A stretch of DNA of 64,000 nucleotides from an uncultured Gammaproteobacteria bacterium (GTDB lineage Bacteria > Patescibacteriota > Patescibacteriia > UBA9934), in assembly GCA_964452565.1 (NCBI GenBank), contig CAYVLY010000001.1:291009-355008 (forward strand), in the 5' to 3' direction. Both the position numbers and the translations under genes were made by a program. The notes beneath the pieces are model-generated. The model was not told where the DNA came from. It saw only the letters and a list, made by a program, of their open reading frames with translations, and made no database searches. The first letter of the stretch is position 1. Every line of letters begins with the position of its first letter. Positions 1-9,145 of the stretch are shown here, piece by piece.

Positions 1-2010
1 TAAGAACGCAATCGTACCTGTCGGAGCCAAAACCGAAATCTGAGCGTTGCGAAGTCCGTGTTTACGCGCACCGTCTACGACATTATCCCAAGACTTTCGA
101 GCTTCAAAAAGCAAATCGGCAGGAACTCCCTCTGGATCAATATCATATGCTGCAGTTCGATGCATTTGCATAACTTCAAGCGCTGACTCTTCATCTGATT
201 CATAGCCTTCAAATGCACCAACTTTCTCAGCGATCTTTGTTGACTGATAGTAGGTCTGTCCGCTCAAAAGAGACATAACAGCACCAGCAAGGTTTCGACC
301 CTCATCTGAGTCATATGGAAGCCCGCGGCTCATCAAAAGTGCTCCCAAGTTTGCAAATCCGATTCCCAATGGCCGATATCTATGTGAGTTGTGCTCAATC
401 GCTGGTGTTGGGTAGCTTGAGTTTCCTACAGCAATCTCCATTGCAGTAATAACAACCTCTGAAGCTTTCTTAAACGCCTCGGCATCAAACTCCATCACAC
501 CATTCTTCTCTTTTCTAAACGCCATTAAGTTAAGTGACGCCAGGTTGCAAGCAGAATCATCTAAGAACATGTACTCAGAGCATGGGTTTGATCCATTGAT
601 TCGTCCTGATGTCTTACATGTGTGCCACTTGTTGGTTGTTGTGTCGTACTGGATACCAGGATCTCCACAATCCCAACCAGCTTGTGCCATCTTTCTAAAC
701 AAATCACGCGCCTGATAACTTACAGAGTCATTTCCTGTTGTAACTTCCTTTGTCACCCAAGGGGCATCTGCCTCAACCGCTTCCATAAATGCATCTGTTA
801 CTCGCACTGAGTTATTTGCATTTTGGAAGAAGATCGACGCATAGGCATCACCATCCATTGACGGATCGTATCCCGCATCAATCAAAGCCCAAGCCTTTTG
901 CTCTTCCTTTACCTTACATTCGATAAACTCTTCAATATCTGGATGTTCAATATTCAAAATGACCATCTTTGCTGCACGCCGCGTTTTTCCACCTGACTTT
1001 ACAACTCCTGCAAAAGCATCAAATCCCTTCATAAATGACACTGGCCCTGATGACTTTCCATTAGATCCGCCTAAAAACTCTTTTGATGATCGGAGGCTAC
1101 TCAAGTTTGACCCAGTTCCAGAGCCTTGCTTGAAGAGCATGCTCTCAGTCGTTGCTAATTGCATGATTGAACGCATATCGTCCTCTACAGAGTTTATGAA
1201 ACACGCTGAGCACTGTGGGTGCGGATTTACGCCAACATTGAACCAAACAGGGCTATTGAAAGCAGCCTTTTGATTTATCAAAATCGATGTTAGCTCATCC
1301 TCAAACACCTGAGCATCCTGAGCAGAATAAAAATACCCATCCTGACGCCCCCAATTCGCCATAGTGGTAGCAACACGTCCGATGAGCTGCTTCATTGATG
1401 ATTCCCGCTCTGGAGTTCCTACCTTTCCGCGGAAATACTTTTGAGCAACAATGTTAGTCGCAGTTTGTGACCATTTCTTTGGAGCTTCAATATCGTGCTG
1501 TTCAAATAACACTTCTCCATTTGAATCTTTGATTGATGCAGTTCGCATCTCCCACTCAAGCTCATCATATGGGTGAATACCCTCCTTAGAAAAATATCGA
1601 GAGAACCGCAGACCATTTCCATAAAGCGGTGTCTTTGATCGTAGAGGTACCAAAGTTTGCTTGTGACGAATGTACTTCATTGCAACATGCATGAGGTTAT
1701 TGTCGATCAAAGTCATATTTACAACCTCACGGATATCACCTGAGTTTGGAACAGTGTGTCCATCATAAATTCGCTGCAGTCGAGAGATAACTTGAGTAAC
1801 AACCTTATCAAGTTTTGCTAGATCATCGATTCCAGCATCTCCAAGAGATTTTTGAATAGAAGAAAAAAGCTTCCTTGAATCAAAAGGCTGCTCCTGCCCA
1901 TCACGTTTACGTATGGCTTTAAGTGAAGTCATATATTGCCAAACAGCATCGCTAATTGTTGCTGTCTCTTCTTCCACGCGCTGCGTGAGTTGGGGTGTCT
2001 TGTGATCCAT
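1..2010 (-). CDS. nrdJ: Class II (adenosylcobalamin-dependent) ribonucleotide reductase with N-terminal ATP-cone; truncated by window edge
   Basis: Manual translation from ATG at 2010: IRKRDGQEQPFD (ATP cone), NPCSEYMFLDDSACNLASLNL and HGLRNAQISVLAPTGTIAFL motifs; not in ORF track because no stop lies in the window. Confidence 0.93.
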   Translation of the reverse strand, partial: MDHKTPQLTQRVEEETATISDAVWQYMTSLKAIRKRDGQEQPFDSRKLFSSIQKSLGDAGIDDLAKLDKVVTQVISRLQRIYDGHTVPNSGDIREVVNMTLIDNNLMHVAMKYIRHKQTLVPLRSKTPLYGNGLRFSRYFSKEGIHPYDELEWEMRTASIKDSNGEVLFEQHDIEAPKKWSQTATNIVAQKYFRGKVGTPERESSMKQLIGRVATTMANWGRQDGYFYSAQDAQVFEDELTSILINQKAAFNSPVWFNVGVNPHPQCSACFINSVEDDMRSIMQLATTESMLFKQGSGTGSNLSSLRSSKEFLGGSNGKSSGPVSFMKGFDAFAGVVKSGGKTRRAAKMVILNIEHPDIEEFIECKVKEEQKAWALIDAGYDPSMDGDAYASIFFQNANNSVRVTDAFMEAVEADAPWVTKEVTTGNDSVSYQARDLFRKMAQAGWDCGDPGIQYDTTTNKWHTCKTSGRINGSNPCSEYMFLDDSACNLASLNLMAFRKEKNGVMEFDAEAFKKASEVVITAMEIAVGNSSYPTPAIEHNSHRYRPLGIGFANLGALLMSRGLPYDSDEGRNLAGAVMSLLSGQTYYQSTKIAEKVGAFEGYESDEESALEVMQMHRTAAYDIDPEGVPADLLFEARKSWDNVVDGARKHGLRNAQISVLAPTGTIAFL

Positions 2011-2120
2011 AGGGAAACAAAAATTAGGGGTTACTCAATCGACTATTAGCCTCACAATTTTAAGGCATAAATTAAAGGCCGTGAAGCTTGCCTGTATAAA
2101 ACTTCGGGAACGAGAGAATC

Positions 2121-2253
2121 CTCAGCAAAATATTCAAATTTGAGTGCAATGCTAGGAAGAATCAAGGCTTTGCTTGAGGCGTACTAGAGGGTACGACGAG
2201 AGCAAAACGCAGATTCTGACACCGCAGTGCGCCAAAGATGGATGTTTTGCGGG
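2121..2253. repeat. Long palindromic element, RPE1-like family (copy 1)
   Basis: Terminal arms gcaaaatattca/tggatgttttgc and apical GCGTACTAGAGGGTACGACGAG; homologous to 22925-23045 in the opposite orientation. Confidence 0.65.
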
Positions 2254-2317
2254 TAAATCAAAAATCCCAGTTGAGTGGGATTCCACTTCTCCCTCTTCGA
2301 AGTTACATTTTTGACGA

Positions 2318-2366
2318 ACACTATATCTTGTGCTGCCAATGAGAATTGTACCACTACATCTTGTGT
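2318..2366. promoter_or_regulatory. Tandem NrdR boxes
   Basis: acactatatcttgtg (2318) and ccactacatcttgtg (2351), 33 bp apart, match NrdR-box consensus acaCwAtATaTwGtg upstream of nrdJ. Confidence 0.8.
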
Positions 2367-2407
2367 TTGCCAAAACCCAAAACTGTGGATAAAACACGTT
2401 AAAAAAC

Positions 2408-3307
2408 ATGATTTCACAACTACTTCTAATTTTGCTAAGCTTTTCACGTACCTTTCATGGAGATGAGACATTGGAAGAGATTATTCTCGTAGACAATGGG
2501 CTCATCATTAAGTGTGAGCTCTGCCCTGGCGGGCTTGTGTACCCTAACGGTAGTGAAAATCCCATTGCAGATAGCGTGGCCGGTAAGGACTACTGCCCAT
2601 CAGTAGACCTGATAGCACAAACGGTTCATGTTAGAGTCGGCCCAAGATGGCAAATATTCGAGTTTGACACACCTGACGCCTTTGGTAGATTCTGGACAGA
2701 AGAAAAGAAGAGTGCCATTCGCGCTGTAGCCCTCTGCGCTCAGCTGGGCAATCAACAAGCAATCCAGGAGCTTTACAAGGTCCTGAAGCCCTTCATGCTA
2801 AAAACAGTCCTTAGTCTACAGGTGAATACAGAGGATGCAGAGGACATTGTCCACACAGCATTTATGAGTGTGCTGAGAAGGCTACCGAGCATAGACGTAA
2901 CAAACATCTCGGCCTACGCAACTAGAGCAGCTCGTAACGCGACTTTCAACCTAAAGCGCAACAGAAAGCGTCGTACAGGCCTGCTGCAAGAGGATTTTGA
3001 GCGCAACCAGGGCTCACATAGAAGAAACGGAAATCCGATAAACGGTGCGGTGCGTGCGGATCCGACAGATCGCATCCTTGATGAGCAAAGAGCCGATGCT
3101 ATGGATCGACTGCTTGCACAGCTGACACACGATCACAGGCAGGTACTGATACTCCGGTACAGACAAGATCTGACATATGCAGAAGTCGCCGAAGCGCTCG
3201 GTGTAAAGCTTGGGACCGTAATGAGCCGGCTCAGTCGAGCACACGCCTCTCTTGCTAAAATCATCAGAGAGCGGGGGTCGGAAGAAACAGCACTTCGACT
3301 TACATAG
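2408..3307 (+). CDS. ECF sigma-70 factor with N-terminal extension (start uncertain)
   Basis: Region 2 DAEDIVHTAF...ARN and region 4 LTYAEVAEALGVKLGTVMSRLSRA. Confidence 0.85.
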   Translation: MISQLLLILLSFSRTFHGDETLEEIILVDNGLIIKCELCPGGLVYPNGSENPIADSVAGKDYCPSVDLIAQTVHVRVGPRWQIFEFDTPDAFGRFWTEEKKSAIRAVALCAQLGNQQAIQELYKVLKPFMLKTVLSLQVNTEDAEDIVHTAFMSVLRRLPSIDVTNISAYATRAARNATFNLKRNRKRRTGLLQEDFERNQGSHRRNGNPINGAVRADPTDRILDEQRADAMDRLLAQLTHDHRQVLILRYRQDLTYAEVAEALGVKLGTVMSRLSRAHASLAKIIRERGSEETALRLT

Positions 3308-3440
3308 GTACGCCATATACTCACTCCCCCGCGCTACTCGTGCGGGGATCATGCTTTAAAAACAAAATCCCGCCGGGGACGCCGCGCGGGACCGTGCCCT
3401 ACACCAACTGGTGTGGGGCTTCATGCTTTTTAATTAGACC

Positions 3441-3788
3441 CTATTCAATCTTACCCTTTATCTCCTCAGCCTGTGCTTTAGATACATCCTTTGAAACTTG
3501 CTCTTCAATGTCATCAACCTCTCGATCAACCTCTTCTATACCCTTTTCAAACTCAACCTTTGCGGCTTCAACATCATCAATCATCTTTTTGCGGGCAGCT
3601 TCGTACTCCTCGCCTTCAAACAATCCCGCCTCTTTCATCTTAGATTCGATGAGCCCATGATTCTCAACAAACAAATCATTAAGTAGGGTCTCAGTAACCC
3701 CTTCTTGATCAACACGACCTAGGAAGTGCTTTTTCCGATCTTCAGCGATTTGCAATTCGCCGATTAGTTTCGCAACTTTGTCTTTCAT
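3441..3788 (-). CDS. Hypothetical acidic coiled-coil protein
   Basis: 115 aa ORF in operon with upstream ORFs, E/K-rich helical. Confidence 0.6.
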   Translation of the reverse strand: MKDKVAKLIGELQIAEDRKKHFLGRVDQEGVTETLLNDLFVENHGLIESKMKEAGLFEGEEYEAARKKMIDDVEAAKVEFEKGIEEVDREVDDIEEQVSKDVSKAQAEEIKGKIE

Positions 3789-3798
3789 ATACTATGAA

Positions 3799-4761
3799 TT
3801 ATGCCTCAGCAGCTTTCATTTCACGGCTTCTTAAAACAAACTTATTTGACCTCGGATCCATTGCTTTATAAACCCCATGACTTATACCATTAACATTAAC
3901 GATAGTTACCTTGGGCCCCTCTATCAAATCATCCCTTTTACTTAAGCTATCTATATCATCAGGGTCTGAATCCTGGGCATCAATCGCAGCCCATAACAGA
4001 TCCCTGGAAAGGCTTTGTTCGTCACTATAACCCTCAGGACTCAAGCCTTCACCCAAACGAATAATCACTGCCTGTTCCAAACGCAATTTATCCTCTCGTC
4101 TACGTGATTCTGAAAGCTCATCTTGCAAATCATATATTCTTTGTTGCTGTTCAAGGCCGATTCTTATGGCTTCATAATCGACTGGCTCGACCTCTTTCAT
4201 CTTGGGACCTTGATCTATAGTTTCTGCAAAAGTTTTCCCAGCCTCTCGGACCGCTGACTCAAAATTCAAAGTTATTCTTTGAACTTTATCAAGTGTATTC
4301 CCTACTCTTGTAGCTACTGCCTCAACACCCATGATAGCGACATCTTTTAATGCGCCTCCAACAATTCCTGGTACATCAATGAGCCCTGGCTGGTCTTCGG
4401 TACCAAACACCAAATCACCTGTAGCTACTATACCCCTCTCTGCAAGCTTTGCTGCACCCACCACACCCTTTACTCCAACACCAAGTACTGAATAGCCACC
4501 GACAGCCTTAAATAATCGTCCAATTGTTGCACCGGCCGCTTTTCTACCAACACCCATTGCACCCTCCATTAACTGGTCACCGGCAGCTTCAAAGGTATCT
4601 TCTCTTTCAGGTTGAGCGCCTTCTGGGCCTGGTACCTCAATAGTTGGCTCATCGCCTACGTCCTCATCCGGCCTTGGCTTTTCAAATGATTTTACGCCAA
4701 GGTCTTCAACACCCCTCTTTGGAAGCTTAGCAGTAGTAGCTTTATTAACCATATGTTTCAT
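3799..4761 (-). CDS. Hypothetical protein
   Basis: 320 aa ORF, tightly packed operon; start could be ATG 4752. Confidence 0.65.
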   Translation of the reverse strand: MKHMVNKATTAKLPKRGVEDLGVKSFEKPRPDEDVGDEPTIEVPGPEGAQPEREDTFEAAGDQLMEGAMGVGRKAAGATIGRLFKAVGGYSVLGVGVKGVVGAAKLAERGIVATGDLVFGTEDQPGLIDVPGIVGGALKDVAIMGVEAVATRVGNTLDKVQRITLNFESAVREAGKTFAETIDQGPKMKEVEPVDYEAIRIGLEQQQRIYDLQDELSESRRREDKLRLEQAVIIRLGEGLSPEGYSDEQSLSRDLLWAAIDAQDSDPDDIDSLSKRDDLIEGPKVTIVNVNGISHGVYKAMDPRSNKFVLRSREMKAAEA

Positions 4762-4770
4762 TATCTGATC

Positions 4771-5346
4771 TTAAAACCCCATTGTCAAATTAAGTGCTGC
4801 TTTGTCTTCTGGAAAGTCAAAGTCGACTTTTACCATCTGTCGCTCCCCCATTCGGTCATCAAACAGGATATAGCCGTTCTTTTGACCGAATTCGAGCACC
4901 TCTTTAGTTACTTTAACGTCTTGCATACAGTAATCAATAATTTCCTGAACCTTACCCTCTTTCCACCAAGCAACAGCTTGAAGTCCATGAGCGCTCTTTT
5001 TAGTACCAAGTGTTGCAGCAGCAACATCATCAAGCTTTATTCGATACCCAAGACTCAAACGAATCTGCTCAAGCATGTCGAGCTGAGGAATCTTAAGAAG
5101 ATCACCAGGATAATATTTATTCAAGACTGGAACATCGAATCCGACGCTATTGTAGCCAATCAAACAATCAGCTGATTCAAGATCCTTGAGAAGTTCCTGC
5201 ATCTGATCATGTTTATACGACCTCCAAGAATCATCACCATAAAAATATGCACAAACAACAGATACATCTAACTTTTCAGGAAAATACCCCCCTACATCAT
5301 CAAATGTATTTTGCGTTTCTATATCAAAAACAACTGGATTTTTCAT
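4771..5346 (-). CDS. RNase H-like (DnaQ/YprB-type) 3'-5' exonuclease domain protein
   Basis: VFDIET, IGYNSVGFD, YCMQDV exonuclease motifs; TACAAT just upstream of ATG 5346. Confidence 0.8.
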   Translation of the reverse strand: MKNPVVFDIETQNTFDDVGGYFPEKLDVSVVCAYFYGDDSWRSYKHDQMQELLKDLESADCLIGYNSVGFDVPVLNKYYPGDLLKIPQLDMLEQIRLSLGYRIKLDDVAAATLGTKKSAHGLQAVAWWKEGKVQEIIDYCMQDVKVTKEVLEFGQKNGYILFDDRMGERQMVKVDFDFPEDKAALNLTMGF

Positions 5347-5437
5347 AACCACAACATTGTATCACATGCAGCGCCACACCGTTGACATAACACAAAAATT
5401 CTGCTAAGTTCGTTGAGAACCTTTCACGGAGGGACCT

Positions 5438-5959
5438 ATGCGGCCCATACTCATGCTTCTCTTGGCGAGTGGATGCTCGTCGTCAGTGGGAAAGCCGGTC
5501 AGCAGCGTTCCCCTTCCCATAGAGTGTTATATCGAGACTTGCAAACACAGCAGTGTTGAGACCTCGATCTACCTAGATAGCCTCATCCAGACTGAGTGTC
5601 CCCAGGGACATGTGTTGCTCGAGTTTGATGTACTGGATGGTCAGTTCTCTGGTGACAGAATCCGCTTCTTCTGCCTACAGCAAGATGAGGTGCAGTGCGA
5701 CATTATGGTAGATCCCGGCATATCATACTCGCTTCTGGTTGGAAACCAAGAAAACGAGCACAGCATCAACATCCAGGGATCAGGCAATGGGATGCTCGAA
5801 TGTGGAGATGGTATCTACCGACTCTGGCTACGACGACCACTCAGGGCCATTGATTCGTATTGCCATTTCACGTATATGACCAATGCAATCGCACCCGTTG
5901 GCACCTTCGCGAATCCACACCCGGAAGGCTGTGCATTCAGAATCAACTTCCGCTACTAA
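5438..5959 (+). CDS. Cys-rich hypothetical lipoprotein (stand-alone islet)
   Basis: Lipobox LASG-C; own TTGACA-17-TAAGTT promoter at ~5382, GGAGGG SD, downstream hairpin cgccaccc/gggtggcg. Confidence 0.65.
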   Translation: MRPILMLLLASGCSSSVGKPVSSVPLPIECYIETCKHSSVETSIYLDSLIQTECPQGHVLLEFDVLDGQFSGDRIRFFCLQQDEVQCDIMVDPGISYSLLVGNQENEHSINIQGSGNGMLECGDGIYRLWLRRPLRAIDSYCHFTYMTNAIAPVGTFANPHPEGCAFRINFRY

Positions 5960-6006
5960 AAGCGCCACCCTCTCGGGGTGGCGTATCGTGCTTTAGTTAA
6001 ACTTAT

Positions 6007-6033
6007 TCAGTTGAACTAAAATAGTTCAACTGA
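6007..6033. repeat. REP-like palindrome flanking HUH transposase (left)
   Basis: tcagttgaactaaaatagttcaactga; near-identical copies at 6690 and 15901. Confidence 0.75.
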
Positions 6034-6598
6034 AATCCAGCGGCACACCAAATCTAATCCAATCTTCTAGAAATCTTTGATATTCTGAATAATCTCTGAA
6101 CTCATCTTCTATAATAGAATTATCTATAATATCGGAATCTCTAAAAACCGACCTAAGACTCGACCATTTATAATCACGCACAAATCTAAGTGCATCTTCG
6201 ACATCTAAACCACCGCCTTTCCAATTATTTGAAATAAATTTTAGAGGATTCAAATGGATATAACGAAACAGATGCAATAAATAGCCATCACGGTCGACTA
6301 ATTTGCGCTTATATCGTGTCTCAAACAAACTACCGGAACGCTGATTTCGCTTATTGAAATATAATGTGTAAGTAGTCCCTATCTTATGCATAAATGTTGC
6401 AATCCCACCTTCAGACGATTCTTCCAACAAAAAATGGAAATGGTTGTCCATGAGGCAAAAAGCATGGAACCTTACTAACTTTTTACCGTCTTCATATGCA
6501 AAACGCCGCATCTGAGAAATAAACCTTTTGCGATCCTGGTCGTCGTCATAGACTGAACGTTTATCAACGCCACGATTATAAATATGATAATAAGACAT
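6026..6598 (-). mobile_element. Y1 HUH transposase, REP-associated tyrosine transposase (RAYT / IS200-like)
   Basis: YHIYNRG, CLMDNHFH (HUH), YIHLNP and YKWSS motifs; flanked by palindromes. Confidence 0.88.
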
Positions 6599-6689
6599 AA
6601 AACTCCCATTACGGGAGTGTTTATATACTCATCACATCATCTTCAAAAGCCTTAGTCAACCTTAGCTGTATATAACTTGTTAAACTTGG

Positions 6690-6716
6690 TTAGTTGAACT
6701 AAAATAGTTCAACTAA
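6690..6716. repeat. REP-like palindrome flanking HUH transposase (right)
   Basis: ttagttgaactaaaatagttcaactaa. Confidence 0.75.
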
Positions 6717-6718
6717 AA

Positions 6719-8122
6719 TCAGACAGCCGCGATTGCTTCGGAATACGTGGGAAATGCATGCAACATACTTTCGACCTTATCGAAGCTTACATTCAAATGC
6801 ATCGCAAGCGCCAGCTCGTGAATAACATCTCCAGCATGCTCGCCAACCATCTGCGCTCCCAAAATCCTTCCTGTTCGTTTTTCGATAATCACTTTTAGCA
6901 AACCTTTACGCTTATTCTCTGCGACTGCGCGTCCCAAGGCCCCAACTGGAAATGATCTACTTGCAGCCTTCAGTTTCTTGCCCTTAGCATCTTTCATTGT
7001 AATACCAACCGAGGCAACCTCTTGATGCGCAAATGTCACACATGGCACCACTCTATTATCAATCGACCTCATCTTTCCTGCAGTTGTACACATATTCCAT
7101 GCAACAACCTCCCCATCTCTATGCGCCGTGTGCGTCAACCGTAAAGCACCAGAAACATCTCCTGCTGCAAAAATATGCTTCTGCGAAGTCTGAAGCTTCT
7201 TATTCAAAACTAATTGCCCGCGATCACTTACCCTTACTTTTGCCTTTCCCAACTTCAAATCTTTGATGTTAGATCGCTTTCCTGCTGCAACGATCAGTTT
7301 ATCAACTACTATCCTATTACGAGCTTTTCGACCCTCCTGATACACTAACTCAACTTTTGATCCGATTTTCTTAACTGACAAAACCTTTGACTTAGTCAGG
7401 AGATTCACACTCCGCTTTTTCATATCAGCCTGCACAAGCATTGCTATCTCCTCATCTTCATATCCGAGAATATGAGGCGCTATCTCAAATAAATGCACCT
7501 TTGTACCAATCATGCTAAAGAAGGTCGTGAATTCTACACCAACAGGACCACCGCCTATAATCGCGACTGATCTTGGTTGACTCTTAAGCGATACAACCTG
7601 CTTGTAAGTCAAATACGGTACCTTATCGATTCCATCAACCGGCGGCACCCAATCAACTACTCCGGTTGCTATAACAATCTTCTTTGCCTTGTACTTCTTT
7701 TTACCGATCTTAATCGTATGTGGATCAACAAACTCTGCCGAACCTTTTACATATTCAACACCCTTGTCTAGTAATAACTTTTTCAGCCTTTGACCCTTGC
7801 CAGTCACCGTACTCACAACGGCCCGCTTATACTTCATTGCCTGGGAAAAGCTAAACCCAAGTTCACGTGCGGACACGCCATAAGTTGGAAACTCAAACTT
7901 AGCAGCATGATATGCCTTTGCTGATGTGATCATGGCCTTTGTGGGTATACATGCATAGTTTGAACACTCACCTCCAAGCTTGTCTTTCTCAACCAAAATA
8001 ACACTCTTGCCACGCTCGCGCGCACCCAAAGCAGCGCTCAATCCAGCTGAACCGCCGCCGATAACCAAAACATCAGTTACTATCGCCTTTGATCGAACTA
8101 ACTGTTTTTTCCTCCTTTTCAT
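6719..8122 (-). CDS. Pyridine nucleotide-disulfide oxidoreductase (dihydrolipoamide dehydrogenase / MerA-like family)
   Basis: GGGSAG FAD motif, GGECSNYACIPTK redox CxxxxC, GGGPVG, HAFPTYSE. Confidence 0.88.
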   Translation of the reverse strand: MKRRKKQLVRSKAIVTDVLVIGGGSAGLSAALGARERGKSVILVEKDKLGGECSNYACIPTKAMITSAKAYHAAKFEFPTYGVSARELGFSFSQAMKYKRAVVSTVTGKGQRLKKLLLDKGVEYVKGSAEFVDPHTIKIGKKKYKAKKIVIATGVVDWVPPVDGIDKVPYLTYKQVVSLKSQPRSVAIIGGGPVGVEFTTFFSMIGTKVHLFEIAPHILGYEDEEIAMLVQADMKKRSVNLLTKSKVLSVKKIGSKVELVYQEGRKARNRIVVDKLIVAAGKRSNIKDLKLGKAKVRVSDRGQLVLNKKLQTSQKHIFAAGDVSGALRLTHTAHRDGEVVAWNMCTTAGKMRSIDNRVVPCVTFAHQEVASVGITMKDAKGKKLKAASRSFPVGALGRAVAENKRKGLLKVIIEKRTGRILGAQMVGEHAGDVIHELALAMHLNVSFDKVESMLHAFPTYSEAIAAV

Positions 8123-8124
8123 AA

Positions 8125-9126
8125 TTATTCACAGAAACTCATTCCCTTATCCCATAGTCGCGACTCCCCCTGCTCTTTCATATAATACCACCATTCAACT
8201 CCCCACAAATAGATCTCATCTGCGCCAATCTGCTTTGCAAAGGCTAAGTTTGCCTCCATGTCCTCAACTGGAAATAATGCGTAAAGATCTTCTGTGGATT
8301 CATCAATATCCTCAATGTCTTCTGGAATCCATGGCTCCATCTGCAGCTCCGAAATAATCACCATATCCACAAATGGCTCTGAGAGAATCCTTTGAACTGT
8401 GTAAACCATTGGTGAATGTGGGAATACAAATGCTCCAAGTGTTTTATTCCAAACTTCACGATATAAACTCACGCCAAGCACATCAAGATTCCATGTTTTC
8501 AAAAACCATAGTGACTGCTCTCCACTTGTTGTCGATTGGATCTGATGTTCTGGATCAAGAAGACGCACAAACCTGACTGTTTGCTCAAATCTATCTACAT
8601 CAGGCGTTGGACAATCACCAAATGGAAAGAATGGTTCGTTTTCAACTTGCCAACGATCTAGAGCTGGGTGATCCCGATATCGTTCAACAACTGTCTCAAT
8701 CATTGAGAAAAAGCCAGCCTTATAGGTTGAATTATCCACCTTTCCAGCCCAATGTGGAATAAAGCATTCAGGCCATCTTGGTACCTTCATCCCCACAACA
8801 AGGGTGACATCGATGCCCTCCTCAGCTGCTCTATCCATCAAATAATCAATAGTATCGAGGTCGTATTCACCTCGATCCTGCTCAATCTCGTCCCAATATA
8901 CTGGGATTCTTAATCGCTCAAGCTGATCAAAGTCTTGCAAAAGCGCCTCATATGTCTCACTAACATCTAAGCCTAAGTACTCGGTATAGTGAGTCGAAAA
9001 CGAAGCGCCGATTCTTGGACTCCTTTCATGAGTCAAAAATCCAAACACTGTGCCAAGCATTACAATAACTAAAACAAAAACAGCCGTGATAGCAACTAAT
9101 CGCTTAAGCTGTTTTTTATCCTTCAT
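8125..9126 (-). CDS. Membrane-anchored glycoside hydrolase, clan GH-A (GH5/GH42-like)
   Basis: N-terminal TM, LRIPVYW, WQVENEP acid/base, ISELQ nucleophile; start ATG 9126 after GAGG SD. Confidence 0.75.
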   Translation of the reverse strand: MKDKKQLKRLVAITAVFVLVIVMLGTVFGFLTHERSPRIGASFSTHYTEYLGLDVSETYEALLQDFDQLERLRIPVYWDEIEQDRGEYDLDTIDYLMDRAAEEGIDVTLVVGMKVPRWPECFIPHWAGKVDNSTYKAGFFSMIETVVERYRDHPALDRWQVENEPFFPFGDCPTPDVDRFEQTVRFVRLLDPEHQIQSTTSGEQSLWFLKTWNLDVLGVSLYREVWNKTLGAFVFPHSPMVYTVQRILSEPFVDMVIISELQMEPWIPEDIEDIDESTEDLYALFPVEDMEANLAFAKQIGADEIYLWGVEWWYYMKEQGESRLWDKGMSFCE

Positions 9127-9145
9127 ATCCTCCTCTGGCCTATTA

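Noticed and set aside
622-1622. Short ORF-track entries at 622-1622
   Set aside because: Overlap the nrdJ reading frame on other frames or strand
6719-8122. Mercuric reductase merA
   Set aside because: Lacks the C-terminal Cys-Cys pair and mer operon context
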